64,000 bases of DNA, taken from contig OZ076409.1 of NCBI GenBank assembly GCA_964187785.1, positions 92,940,001 to 93,004,000 of the forward strand, in the 5' to 3' direction. Below the pieces are notes generated by a model, which was given only the letters and a program-made list of their open reading frames with translations, was not told where the DNA came from and made no database searches. The stretch comes from Amphiscolops sp. MND2022 (taxonomy: Eukaryota). The translations under genes and the position numbers were made by a program. Shown here in pieces: positions 26,433-39,488 of this stretch; position 1 is the first letter of the stretch; every line of letters starts with the position of its first letter.

Positions 26433-27644
26433 CCTGTTGAAAACACTTCAACAACCCTGGATTCTTCCTCTGATATATCTCCATCAGCTCCAAGTATTCC
26501 TTCCCCACCTGAATCTTCAGTATCTAGCACCACAAACTCTAGTAATGTAACTCCTACTACTCCTTCTAAAAGACCAAGATCATACATCTCTGAAACCACC
26601 TCTTCTTCACTTCTTCACAGACCACCTATAACCGAAATTCCTATAAACACTCGTCCCCAACAAACTCCTATTAACACTCCTATTATACACATACCAAACC
26701 CTGAAAGTGTTGAACAATACGTAACATACAAACATCCTACAGCTATCAAAAGTGTTAGACTCCAACCTCAACTTAATCTTGTTCAAATCCCTGATACTGA
26801 ATATACGAAACTACCTCCACTAAAATTACCTTCAGAACTTAGCACTACTCCTTCAATACTTTATCCACCATTAAAACCTCTTCGAAAACCCTCTACATCA
26901 CTCTCGAATCTCTTAGACAATAATACTTCTGACTACGCTCCATCACAAGACACAAGCTCACTTTTTGTACCTAAACATAGATATAATCTTCGTGACCTTC
27001 CTTCACGTAGACTTAGTACAGACACTCCAACACTCAATTTTTCCGCTCTGTCTAGCAATTCTGCATTACGACTTGTAAGACAACACGCTCAACCATTGTC
27101 CTCTGACACACCATCTTCAGAACTCTTTCAATCTCCTTATTTTACTTCTGGTTTTGAAACCGCTTCATTACTCTCATCTAACCCACAGACTGCATTTCTA
27201 TCAGGAGATCTCTTTTCACAAGTAGTAATCCCTACTCCTGTTCCTGCACATATTAGACTGCCCGAATACTATACTGCAGAACACTCTAGACCTCCAACTC
27301 CAAATTTTGCTGACTATCCACTTAGAGTCGATGGTATAACCATCTACGACCCACAAAACGATCCCCGATTTCCAATTCTTGCAGAACGTTTTATTAACAA
27401 CAACGACCTCTTATCTCACAAACGCAAAGAAACAGAACTAAAACGTCTCCAGACATCAAATCTAGAACTTAAATTTGAAGTCAAAGTTAAATTTCAAGGA
27501 TTAAATCCACACCCAATATTTCACGTTTCTAAGATAGAACATAAAACTTCTCCTGCTCCTTTTGAAGTGATACATATTGAATTTGAACGCGATCTTAATA
27601 TACCCACTATCACATATGGCAACATTGTCTTCTGTAACCCATAA
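26433..27644 (+). CDS. Accessory ORF2, duplicate
   Basis: Copy of 15333-16544. Confidence 0.6.
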   Translation, partial: PVENTSTTLDSSSDISPSAPSIPSPPESSVSSTTNSSNVTPTTPSKRPRSYISETTSSSLLHRPPITEIPINTRPQQTPINTPIIHIPNPESVEQYVTYKHPTAIKSVRLQPQLNLVQIPDTEYTKLPPLKLPSELSTTPSILYPPLKPLRKPSTSLSNLLDNNTSDYAPSQDTSSLFVPKHRYNLRDLPSRRLSTDTPTLNFSALSSNSALRLVRQHAQPLSSDTPSSELFQSPYFTSGFETASLLSSNPQTAFLSGDLFSQVVIPTPVPAHIRLPEYYTAEHSRPPTPNFADYPLRVDGITIYDPQNDPRFPILAERFINNNDLLSHKRKETELKRLQTSNLELKFEVKVKFQGLNPHPIFHVSKIEHKTSPAPFEVIHIEFERDLNIPTITYGNIVFCNP

Positions 27645-30321
27645 TCCGGTCTCAAATATACAACATCTTTTTATACCCTACATAACCTTTTACATAACAA
27701 CTCTAATTCTTTATTTACATTTATTTAACTCTACCTTTTCCATACCTATAACACCCTCTGACACAGAAAACTATCTTCCATCGGATGACCCGAATATTAC
27801 AAATCTCATGGTTTCTCATTATGACTGTGCAAAACAACACAATCTGAGACAATTTAATTTACTCAATGTAAAACAATGCACTGAAGCTCCTTCTGACATT
27901 AAACATGCATGTGTTAAAGCCCGTGTATATGTCCGAGCAAAAGCTAAACGCATCAAAGCTTTCAAATGTATTGCTTATGCAAAAAAGGAAAGAAAATATC
28001 CTTTCAAGGTTCCGTTAAGTACCGTCGTGTTGATAGAACCGTATGGAATCATAATACATTACCGCTCCCTGTTACTCATGATCCGGTAGAATGTAAAAAC
28101 ATTATAAGACATTTAAATGGTACAAATGATAAAATATTGAACAACCTTCACTACAACAAAACATTCACACTCTTTGAAGATCATTATTTTCAAGAACGTT
28201 TAGAACAATATCAAACTCCTTTCACTGTATATCAACTGAACAAAATGTATACAGGTACGTTTACATTTATGCCTGCTGATAAAAACTGGATATATGACCC
28301 CACAAAAAACCCTTATCATAACTGTCCTGCTCATCATCAATTCGAAGTCAACTTAGTTAGTTGGCGACTAGAAATTTCTGAAGTAGAACTTACATATGAT
28401 GACACATCAAATGACATGATAATTGATGGACATACATTACCCTGCTACTTTGCAGATGGCTTCTGTAAACCCACTACAAAAACTCCTTTTACTCTTGTTT
28501 GGTTTAATGATGATTATTGTCTAATTTTTACCCTACAAGACTTTATTGGACGTATGACTAAAATTGAAGATAGATATTGGATTGAAACAGACTCTGTTGT
28601 ACATTCTCCACATCCAATAAAATCTAAAACAGCTTCTGGCATAAAAGGTACAGAACACCCCTATGTTTATGCTCCTCATACACAACACCCAAATAATCCA
28701 AGTCTTTCAAGATTTGAAGTTTTCCCTACAGCACAAAACTTCTGTGGTAAACCAGACCCTCTTTATTCTACACAATATTCAGACCTTTTTGTTACATACA
28801 CTGATGGTTTCAATATGCATACAGGACAACCTAATCCTCATTCCATGATTGATGAAATATTTCTGGTAAAATAGTATTGGACACTTCAAATAACAAATTT
28901 GTATTTCCTGCATTAAATGTATCAAACAATTTTGCTACCATTGATTATGATGCACATATAAACACCAGAATCGATTATACTTTAAATCATGTCTTCCGAT
29001 CAATGACAGTACAAGAACTAAATACTCTTCATACAATATGTGAACTAGAACGAAATCAACTCCTTACAATACTCGCAATGTCAGTACAAAACCCTCAACT
29101 TGCTGGTTTCCTTTTAACCGGTAATAGAAGTAACTTCTTATACGTTGAAGGCTCAACCGCCTGGCTTTATGACTGTCCTCATTTTTTATCTCCTTTATAC
29201 AAAGCAGACAGATGCTTTGACCGTATACCCATACATTTTAAAGATACCTTAATGTACGTTGATCCTATTACAAGACAAACTTATGATTATGCTACACCAA
29301 TTACATGTGATAATAATCCACGTAACATTATTGAACTAGACCCTGATTCAGACGATCAAGACTTTTACATTCTTGGACCTGAACCTATCAAACGCAAACC
29401 TCCACTAATGTTTACACCCTCACAAATCAAAACTACAATACGCCCTAATACTTTTACAGCCCAAGACGCTGGTATATATTCAAATGCAGAACTTGATCAA
29501 TTTTGGAACCGTATTTTATTTTCTAAACATTCTGATTCTACACTCCAATTACTAGGCAAAGCTCTTAGTTATTCATTCATTTCATCTAATACTCCAAATT
29601 ACGATGCAGATTCCCCTCAAGACTCTGGTAATCCTTACAATACATTACGCATAGGACTCCATGATAAACTTTTGAATTTAACTCCTCTTTTTACACCTAC
29701 ATGGTTTTCAGATGCTTTTATTGCACTTTTTGGATACCCTTGTTACATTCTCACACAATGTGGTATATACTTTTCTACATTTTTTTCGAACAAGCTACTC
29801 TTACACTCATTGTAAAACTGTACAAAACAATATCTATTAAATATAATCTCAAAAATAATATTACTTTACTTGGTTCTATAGCACATGGTTTTTTTAATGT
29901 TCTTACAGCACGAATGGTCAGTGACCTCCATGAGACTCAAAACAGAAAACCCAAAAGTACACTTTCCAAATCCAAATCTTTAGATAATTTTATTGACACT
30001 TCTCCAAATTTAATTAACCATTCTACAGATGTTACTTCCCCTCCACCTTTCTATACTAAACGACCTAACAAAATTCAATTTCCTAAATTTAACTTCTTTC
30101 CGAAACGACACCACAATTCTCACCATAAAACGACTCCACTTCCTTTTTCTCCTGTTCAACATCCTACACTTCCTAATTATACTCATAAAAACTTTCACTC
30201 GAATGACAATTTAACTACTCAACATGACACTTTAATTAACAACCCTGTCACTTCTACTACGGATACACCAATTAAAATTTATTCGCGGATAAACTATCCT
30301 GTTCCTCCTCCATCTTCTTGA
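27616..30321 (+). pseudogene. env: Envelope glycoprotein, duplicate (three frameshifts)
   Basis: Copy of 16516-19222 with an extra 1-nt deletion in the T-run near 29785. Confidence 0.75.
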
Positions 30322-30584
30322 ACACTCTCTCAGTTTTTCTCTAACTCTCTTTCAGTACACTTGCCTACTATTTCTTCAGAATTGCTACTCCTCCACCACT
30401 CGAAACTCTTGCAGAAGTTCATCTTCCTCAGCCCAATAATACTTCTCTCATAATAACCGTCTTCAAAAACTCTTCAACTAAAGTTGACAAATCCACTCGT
30501 TAGTGTAATTTATAGTACTTTAACTTTAAAGTGCTAAGGCCTCTTGGAATAGATAACACTGTGATTGTTGATGTTTTTAAAACA

Positions 30585-31913
30585 ATGACACAAGCACAAA
30601 TTGACCTACAAACACAGCTTGAACAAGCAACCCCAACAGATCTAATAACTAGACCTCTTTCAAATGATTCTCCTGTTCTCTATATTGAGACTTCAGAACA
30701 AACACCTCCAACTTTCCTTGAACCAATGGAACACACAAAAGTTGAAAATGAAAATCCAAAACCTACTCCTCCACAAGATGATAATGATCATACACAATCG
30801 ACACCACCTCCTCCCAAAAAGCGATATGAAATAATGAAAGATCCAACCTTTCTTTCATCACCAATATATCCTCCTTCAATACCTTCAAAAATTTCACTTT
30901 GCACAAATCGCGATGATCATTTGATCTCAATTCTTTCTACTGACGATTTCGTCTTCAAAGCACAACTAACTTTTCTATATATGCATCCTACTGACTATTC
31001 ATTTCGCTTATATGACAAAAATCAAGACTTCTTCACATCCATTGCTTCCAAAATAATGGGTCCATACCAATATTGGCTCGAGAATGGAGTTAAAATTTTC
31101 TCTCTCCAATTCAATTTTCTTCGACCTTCTATATACGATCTCAAAACAGATGAATCTGATCCATCCTTTCTCTCTATAGCACAAAAAGCTACTCATCATC
31201 AGACATATACTAAATTTCTACAATACACGAAACCACAAAATCACATTTTTGTCAATTACAAATATACATCACCGTTCACAATGACAAATATGTACACTCT
31301 GGACCACTCCTGTATAACAGGCTTTCTTCGGAACAATGACCCTATAAAGCAATACTTCTGTTTGCTTCCATATAACAATACTTCACGTCCACTTATTGTA
31401 CCTCAAGAATATCTCATACATTACGATGATTTTTTGTTGCCTTGCAACATTCCTACTCAAATTGCAAAACCTCTAACTGTTATTAAACACCTCGTTTCTT
31501 CTCCACTTGACGATAAAGATAGAACATACTATACAGCACTCTACAAACAAACGTATTCCTACAATGAACTTCTCTTTATCTCTGCCAAAACTATCTCTTT
31601 CATGGTACAAGCTGAACAAAAAACTGAACATAAATCACACGCTTCACCTATAAAAAACGCTCCTGACAAACTTTCCTCTGTATTAAACAACCGAACATTT
31701 CGCGACATAACAAATTTACTTGAACCCTACAAACGAAACTCCTCTGAAACACCTATCACAACACTCACACATATACTACACTGTTATGACAGAACACACA
31801 AACTCCTTCAAACACTCGATTTAGACTCTCAACGCATCACTCAATCATCCCAAGCAATCCAATCTGCTTTGGAAACTATAACTACTCTTTTTAACTTAAC
31901 TAATCTTCATTAA
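30585..31913 (+). CDS. Accessory ORF4, duplicate
   Basis: Copy of 19486-20814 with two amino-acid changes. Confidence 0.7.
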   Translation: MTQAQIDLQTQLEQATPTDLITRPLSNDSPVLYIETSEQTPPTFLEPMEHTKVENENPKPTPPQDDNDHTQSTPPPPKKRYEIMKDPTFLSSPIYPPSIPSKISLCTNRDDHLISILSTDDFVFKAQLTFLYMHPTDYSFRLYDKNQDFFTSIASKIMGPYQYWLENGVKIFSLQFNFLRPSIYDLKTDESDPSFLSIAQKATHHQTYTKFLQYTKPQNHIFVNYKYTSPFTMTNMYTLDHSCITGFLRNNDPIKQYFCLLPYNNTSRPLIVPQEYLIHYDDFLLPCNIPTQIAKPLTVIKHLVSSPLDDKDRTYYTALYKQTYSYNELLFISAKTISFMVQAEQKTEHKSHASPIKNAPDKLSSVLNNRTFRDITNLLEPYKRNSSETPITTLTHILHCYDRTHKLLQTLDLDSQRITQSSQAIQSALETITTLFNLTNLH

Positions 31914-32330
31914 CATCTTCTACAGGTAATATAAAGTTCTTACTTTTTCTTCTATGGTACACTCTATGATACATCTGTGACACATCCTTCAAGGTATTTT
32001 CATTTTTACCTACTTCTTTAAAGTAAATTCTTGCTTTTGAATGAAATCTCAGGACTGTTTTTTAAGTACACTAATTTTTCTACAGTACATGTCAAAAAAC
32101 TAACTATTTCTACTAAAAACACTACAATACAAGACATACAAGACAATATAGCACAACACTACATATGATAAATTAAAGCACCCAATTTTGTTGTACATCT
32201 TTGACTCGATATTGTCATTCTTCTTACACTTCCTTTGTTTTAGAAACATCCATTCTTCTTCCTCCTCCTTCCATTTTCTTTCAGAACATCTCTACTTCTC
32301 CTTTTTCGTCTTCCACAAAACTCTCTCGTC

Positions 32331-32783
32331 ATGGCCCCCAACGCTGAAATACAAGATATAATTACAATGACTTCCAGCCATTCAAAAGTTCATAGCCTAA
32401 AAGCAGCTATTTTCCACACAATGGCCTACAAACTTTCCCTGGAAATAAACAACAATAAATCAACGCCAAAATCTCTTATCGCCTTTCTGAAAGTCTTCTA
32501 TAATGTCACCCAAATCAAAAAGAAGCACATTACATTTGAACAATATTCAAGGCTTCATGTTGCCGGACCAAAAATTGCCATTTGTGAAACGGCTTCTAAT
32601 GTCGTTTTTGTGTTAAACTCGGCGTTCACGTCTAAAGACCAATACTTTCAAGCTGCCCTTCACGAAGCCACCAATGCATTCAATGAGATGCTTCATAGTT
32701 TTGGATATACCCAAAAACTCGAACACTATGATCCTCACCAACATCAGGCACACCCACCTCAACAACATCCTCTCTACAACTAA
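32331..32783 (+). CDS. Accessory ORF5, duplicate
   Basis: Protein identical to 21232-21684. Confidence 0.6.
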   Translation: MAPNAEIQDIITMTSSHSKVHSLKAAIFHTMAYKLSLEINNNKSTPKSLIAFLKVFYNVTQIKKKHITFEQYSRLHVAGPKIAICETASNVVFVLNSAFTSKDQYFQAALHEATNAFNEMLHSFGYTQKLEHYDPHQHQAHPPQQHPLYN

Positions 32784-34106
32784 ACCAATATTCTACTTAC
32801 TTCATCACTCTTCAACTCCATCTCTTCTTGAATCCGTCATTCTTCCTCAATGATGTTTGAGATGTAGCTGTCGCTCACTCCTTCAAAGAACTCCTACACA
32901 TGCTGAAACTCTTCACTCCACCCACACACGATGGTCAACAACATCCATCTCTATCTTGGGTTCATCGACGTTGCCAACCTTTGTCCTCGTCACTGGTCTT
33001 CACGCCTCAACTGCTGACTTCTGACTGGTCTTCATACTCCAATGGCCAATACAAATTTCAAACTGAACTGTATAATCACTTTTAACCAATATAACTTGTA
33101 ACTTATTTTAATCAAATTATAACTTTAATACAGTCTAGTGCTATATACTCCTATCTAATCTTTAGTGCTATATAATCTTATTTAATCTTAATCTTCTCTA
33201 ATCGTAGTATAATTACCCCCCATTAAAAATAATCCTTCCTAAATTCTACCTATAATTATCCTTGTAACCACAATAATATCTAGTTCCATTGTATTGTGTA
33301 TCGTACAATAACTTAATTTTATCTCATTATGTTGATACTTCTATACTACACTTTTAAAATATATCTCCAATACCCATCTTTTACAGATTACATGTCCTAC
33401 TTACAGTACAAGAAATTTTCTAAGATTTTTGGACAAAATTTTTCTTTAACAAAACATGTTATACAACTTCGTTTTAATCCCCAAAAGCCTTCCCAAAAAT
33501 TTTTCAAATTTTCTTTAGAACTCTTCAAAAATGTCACTTCTAGTTTTCCAATGTTTGAAACTTGAAATAGCCAAAGTTTTTTTCAACTCTTGCTTCTGCT
33601 CTACTCTTCACTTTTGTTGAAAATGAACTCTCACTAGAACCTTGACTTTTCGAAACTTCTTCACATTTGGTTCACATACCCGCCAATGTTGGTTCACAAC
33701 TCATTGACAACTTCACGCTTTAATTCTTCAACTTGAAAAGTTTTCAATGCTGACTAACTCATGTTGATGAAAGATTTTTTTCAAACAAGCCGATGGCTGA
33801 TACGAAAAAGAAACATGAAATGATAAATAGTTGTCAACAATAACTTTAAAGAACTTGTCAGTCAAAGAAACTGAAAGAACTTGAAACTTGCTTGAACCTT
33901 TTTGCACCAATTGAATCGTCTATGACGTAAGAAGTCAAATCGTCTTAGGTTGTTCTCACTCCTTAAGTATGGTACTCTACAAAACAAAACTCATGCAACT
34001 CTAGTACAACACAAATGAAACAAACCCATGCATATAACAAAAACTTCTAGAACTCATCAAACCCAAACTGCATATATGTCATTTAATTTTTAAATTCCCG
34101 GTTGAT

Positions 34107-34507
34107 TGTGATGCCATGATGCATGTCTTCAAAGATTCTATAAATTTGAAATACTCTGAACTCTTAACCAAACCAATTAGTAAAGGTAATCTAATTTAGA
34201 AGCTAAGAAACTTCATTTAATAGATCCTGTATCAAGCTCCCCTGCTTCATCCTGTTGCTGTCACATTGTTAATTGATGTAACCTACCCTAGTTAATAGAA
34301 TATATTTACTCGGAGAAATTGAGAATTCATCCTAGCAATCAGTCTTCCTCCCATACTTCAAGAACTGAGATCTCAGAAATAGATTGCACTCAGAACTAGC
34401 TAGCTACAAGATAAAAGATAAGACGACTCCGCTGTTAAAATCTTAGACTTCTTATGTCAGTTCTAACTCTTCTAAAAGAAACCATCACACAACTTTTTAA
34501 CAGCTCA
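34107..34507 (+). repeat. 3' LTR (401 bp)
   Basis: TGTGATGCC...CAGCTCA followed by GGGG. Confidence 0.95.
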
Positions 34508-34812
34508 GGGGGGACCCTTTTGAGACATTAAAAACTTTTTCGAAAAAAAGTCGCACAGTGCCGAAAAAATCCAAAGGAGGGACCTTTTAGGCACGTCCGG
34601 TTTTGTAGGTTCCCTTGAAAAAGTGAAAAAATGAAAGGGGGACCCTTTGGACTAAGTCTCCCTTGGCCGGACTTGGCCTCAGGTGCTCAGGTGGTTTCAG
34701 GATTGTTTCTAAAAAGTGGACCGATCAGTGTGAGGATTGTAGTCTGAAGAAAAAAAACAGTCACTGCTATAGTCGGGCATTTTTCCCTTAAGGGAAAAGC
34801 GCCGACTAAAAA
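34508..34812 (-). mobile_element. HINE-like repeat, copy 4, right part
   Basis: Continues the repeat broken at 5704 and ends ATAGTCGGGC...AAGCGCCGACTAAAAA. Confidence 0.7.
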
Positions 34813-35399
34813 ATGACCAATGAAACAATGTCAAAAATAAAGACTTCATTTTTCGCTTTTTCAAAATGCTAATTTGATTAGGTTTTGGTTGTTTATGTCG
34901 GTTACAAAAACAAAGACGTGAGTGACTAAAAATCCATATGTCCAGAAGGCTCGTTGAAGGATTTGGATTTTTTGTTCAAAAAACAGTACACACAAATGGC
35001 CTCAGAAGGCCAAAGACTTCAAAGCTTTCAAAAAGTTCCAACCTTTTGGTTTGAATAGTTTTCCCATTTTGAACAATTTTTCCGTTCCAGGCTATTAAAA
35101 CTGTACTTATATTCATTTGAGAACGTCTTTGAAAAGTCTATTAGTATATATCAGTTTCGATACAGCAATCATGTTTTGGTTCTAAAAAGGCATTGTTTAT
35201 CAAACAAATAAAATGGAATGTCAAAGTTCAGCTTCGAAAAGAAATTTCCAGGAAAGATTAACTCTGAAATCACGGGCTAGCAATGTTTCACAAAATTTAA
35301 AGAACGTGACCAACAAGTCGGATGTGTTTCTGAACGCTTTTAATAACCCACGTGAACGTTATAAGAATGTTATCTTATGTTATCTTGGAGGAAAGAAAA

Positions 35400-36295
35400 A
35401 TACCTGAGGACCGCGTCTTTTTTTTATGCTATCGCACTCACAAAGTCCTACAAAGGACTTCGCCCCATCGGCAACACTTTCCGCTGTCTGTCCGCGAAAT
35501 TGGCTGGTTGCCATGGCTTTGATTCACAACAAGAACGATACAGTCACCAAGTAGGTGTAGGTACTAAGAGAAGTGCCGATGTGGCTCCATGTGTTTTTCT
35601 TACTCGAAAATTACAACGAACTCAAACGCTTTCAACTCTGTCAACAGACATAACATGCTTGAGAAAACAATCCAAATGAACCCCGAACTTGACAAAGTTG
35701 CAGATTCTGCTCACAGTCAACCTTGTTATCATTTAACAATGAGTTGGTCGTGTGAAGGGACCAAACAGAGACGTCGTGAGTCTAGGCCATTTTTCTGATG
35801 TCATTCTCAATTTGATATACAGAATAGAATCGAAAATAACCTTCGATACCTCTTTTGATGAAAAACTGGATGACGACATCAGAACTGTCTTGAGGTACTT
35901 GAAAAACAATTGATCATAGTGGAAACAATCTTTTGAGATCGAATTGTTTTCTTGGGCGACGTGACAAAAGACCGAATAACGATCTCGACTGTTTTTCAGA
36001 AAACTTGTCAAGAACGCAAAGACCCATTGGAAGATGAACTGGTTGTCATAGGCTCCACTTTCGGCTCAAAACACAGTTCCAGAGCATAAAATAGAAAAAT
36101 TGGAAGAAAAACGAAGATGCTGAAACATTGAATTAACAGTAACGAGGACTTCAGAAACGCGTCTTTTTAGCTATCTCGTCCGAACGATCACCACAGAGTC
36201 GGAAGTTTTGTATGCAAACGTATCTCAATGGCTCTTCAGTTTGGTAATACGGTAAATGTTCTGGGATCAGTGAGTGGCACAGACGCTTTCTAAAA
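35400..36295 (+). pseudogene. Highly decayed relic of a CRE-like non-LTR element related to 41184-43906
   Basis: Fragments GLRPIGNTFRCLSAK, QVGVGTKRSA, NAFNSVNR, SCEGT and a KRISMALQFGN-like end match the element at 41-44 kb. Confidence 0.75.
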
Positions 36296-36369
36296 AGTTC
36301 AATAGTCTCTTTGGTGTTTATCAAAACCTCCGAGTTCAATAGTCCAATACATCCTGTCAGTTGTTCTTC

Positions 36370-38627
36370 CACCGTAGAGACTAATGAATTCTCTGAAAGA
36401 GATGTAGATTATATATGTAAAGAATTGAGAACCAACAAAAGCGAAGATTTCGATAACCTCCAATTCTTTTCAGGAAAACCTGTTTATCGATCCCTCATTC
36501 TCTGTGTCAAATCTATCGGAGAATCTATCGGAAAATCTATCGATCAGGAATCTTCCATGATAAGTGGAAGAAGGCAGCCGTTGTTCCTCTGTTCAAACAT
36601 AGAAACAAGAACGAAGATGTTATCTATCGATTCGATCACTTCTAAATAATCCTGGGAAAATTTTTTGATACCTTGATTTTCAAAAAGTTTTATACTTTTT
36701 ATTCTCCTTTTCTACAATATTCAGTTTGACTTCCGAAAGAAAGATCGACAGTGTGATAATACTCTTCCTCAGAATCCTCTTCAGATACTAATGTTTCGTC
36801 TAAGTTTGTTTCGCTTCTATAAAAGAGTTTGGCTGGATGTACTAGGACTTTCATTTTAGAGGCCTGGAGAGGATAATCTTCATTTTCTGAGTCTGAATTT
36901 TTGTTATAAGATGAATGTACTCCAATAGACTCGTCAATTTTGGATTCCGAAGGTTGCATATTTTGTGTGTCATTCATTTCAGATCTTGGGTTTGTTACTG
37001 TCGATGCACGTTTGTTGGATTTTATCTTTTTCAAAATCGCATCTAGTTTATTGTCCATTTCTTCCCTCATTTCATATTTCTATCATTGTTGTTTTCATCA
37101 AAGTTTTCAGTCCATGCTTGAATTTTTTGTTTATTTGACTGAGTTTTACCAATTGACGCCTAATTTTGTTCGTTACTAAAGTTTCTTGAACATTACAATC
37201 AACATTAGACAATGTACATACCTTGATTTGGCATTTCTACCTGTCTTCCGCTCGAATTCTTTTCGGGAGATGGGGATTCCAATCTCCTAGACCTTTTGTT
37301 GCTCTTGTTTCCCATCTTGCTCAAGCGAAAATCGTACTTTGGTGTTGGGGAAGAAAATTTATTCAACATAAGTTTTCAGAAACAATTTGGAAATAGACAG
37401 AAGGTTGGACAAAAGGTTGCTTTCGCAAAAGCAGAGTTTAGGTTTTAGCAACTGATCAGAGAGAGACTTAAGTCACGAATGAATAGGTTTTTCAGTTATC
37501 CCCTTTTCGTCAAAAATATAAAGGATGACAAGCATTTTTTGCTTGTATCTTCATCTAAATGAAACTAAAAATAGGGCAACGTCATGATTGCTTCATTCTA
37601 TTTATATCCTTCAAATTATAACATCCTAGACATACTCAAAACTCTGGGGAAAACAATGCAACAGAATATACGAAGTGTTTCAAAATGCTATCCAACAACG
37701 TATAGATGATACATGACTGCAAAACACTGAAAGGTTTATTGCTAAAAGCTTACAATGGTGTAAAAGCGTTATTGCTCACTCCGCATGATGATGCATGACA
37801 TTATTTCGAAAAACTCATTTTTGAGTATATACGTCGTTACTCGCACGGCTGTTGATGCATAGCAGTATCAAGAAAAAGGTATGTTACCGCATAACGGATT
37901 ATCTAGAAACGCATGATAACGCATAATTAAAACGTATTATACCGCATATGCGCAAAACCAAATTGCGCGTATTGACGTGTACTGGGTATCTCAAAAACGC
38001 AATTTAACGCTTATTCACTACATGACTACATTACTATTCACCGTAAATGATGATGTACAATGAAAATTCAAAATTCATAAAATGGACAAATTTATGCAAT
38101 TATCTCTAAAGAGTCACTTTCTCAAGTAACTTTCGAATGAAAATAATTACATCAATAAGTGACCTAGAAAAAGTCCAAAACAAATCAATCCTCAAAGTAG
38201 AAACAAAAAAATTACATGACCTCATTTATGATTGTATACAGAGTTGAGTTCTAACAAAGTTTTAAGTGTTCACTGGGAAACAGGTTTCGTTCACCTTTCT
38301 TTTCTTCACAGCTGCGCCACGGACACACCGCCCCGTTGTGACAGCGACAGACATTTATCTTTCATTATCTTTTCCTCAAAAAACAAACGGATGGATCGCG
38401 AAAACTAGCGAAATTGATGTTATCTACACAGACTACAGTGAAGCCTTCGACAAGGAATACCAAGGAATACTTTCACAAAAACTCTACAATATGGGTATTC
38501 GGAGAAAGCTTTTTCGAGTGACTAAGTCTTTTGAAGTTTCACGTTGACAATAAGATCGTGTAAACGATTCTCTCGAAAGCTTTTCTTGCGACCAGCGGAG
38601 TGCCACAAGGCAGCATTCTGAGCCGGC
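36370..38627 (+). pseudogene. Fragmented LINE reverse-transcriptase relic (CR1/L2/Jockey-like), interrupted by other sequence
   Basis: IDVIYTDYSEAFD...ILSQKLYNMGI (38410-38500) and SGVPQGSIL (about 38594-38620) are RT motifs. EFSERDV..ICKEL..NKS near 36380 resembles the pre-RT region. Confidence 0.55.
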
Positions 38628-38943
38628 TACGTGGAATCTGAGGACTAACTCTGATTTTCGATGGGTGGCTGTAAATAGGTCGAATTTTTCTGGTCGAAAG
38701 GACTGAGGTTGAACATTTTGATCGAATTACAGGGATCGAATGGAATGCGGTCGAATTTTATCGTATTTGTTGTATGGGGTGGGGTATTTTTGGATCGAAT
38801 TTTTGTGTGAGCGAAAAGCGAGATCGAAAATGGATCGAAGGTTTTGAGATCGAATTTTTCCGGTTTTGCTAGGTTTTTGCTCCTGTAAAGTGTTTAAAAG
38901 CGTTTAAAATTATTTAGGTAGTTTTCCCCACCTAATATGGGAT

Positions 38944-39121
38944 CATATACGGAGTATGCACGCTCGCCCTCACCGTCGCAAGGACCAGCTCCCACTACGA
39001 TCGCTTCGCGATCTCCGTTCCCGCTAGGTCTTTGCTCCTGTTCGACCTCGCTTAGCAAGATGGGAACATAAGCGGCCCCAAGGGTCCGCGGGGCATTAGA
39101 GGAAATGGGGGGCATATCCGA
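38944..39121 (+). repeat. Conserved ~178-bp GC-rich structured core, copy 1
   Basis: Matches 39643-39819 and the reverse complement of 40267-40441. Confidence 0.85.
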
Positions 39122-39488
39122 CGGCCAAAAACATTGTTATTTGAAAACGCTAGGTATTTGAAAACTTGGATTCGATCTCATTTTCTTTGACCATTTTACT
39201 TCGATCTCAGTGACAGATTGCATATTCGCGCAAATTCATTCGATCCAAACGCCCACCGCCGTTGTATGGCTCGGTCGCTTCGCTCCCTTCGCCAAGTAGC
39301 AACATTGAGGCATGGCCATATGGGACGTCCTTCCGCTTCACTTCGCTCCTGCATTCAGGGCACTAGGGGTATGTGAACATATCTGACTACGTTATAAAAT
39401 ATTCGACCCGAGTTGTTTCGATCCCATTCAAAAATTTGGTATTGTCGACCTGAAGACTAACTCTGATTTTCGATCCCGTTCCTTCGAC

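Larger units (their letters stand above)
22061..33159 (+). repeat. Tandem duplication unit B (11,099 bp)
   Basis: Near-identical to 10961-22060, with about 14 differences counted by eye. Confidence 0.97.
5705..34507 (+). mobile_element. Giant env-bearing Ty3/gypsy (Metaviridae-like) LTR retroelement with an 11.1-kb internal tandem duplication
   Basis: Two 401-bp direct repeats (TGTGATG...GCTCA), a 4-bp GGGG TSD, TGG-starting PBS-like site, domain order gag-PR-RT-RH-IN, and a downstream glycoprotein gene. Confidence 0.95.

Noticed and set aside
33395..33910. Possible antisense gene next to the 3' LTR (HBZ-like)
   Set aside because: Only ~60-aa open stretches in different minus frames with no recognisable motif; unsupported without sister copies.
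36699..37330. Acidic 123-aa minus-strand ORF, possibly a fragment of another retroelement
   Set aside because: No diagnostic motif or boundaries could be established.
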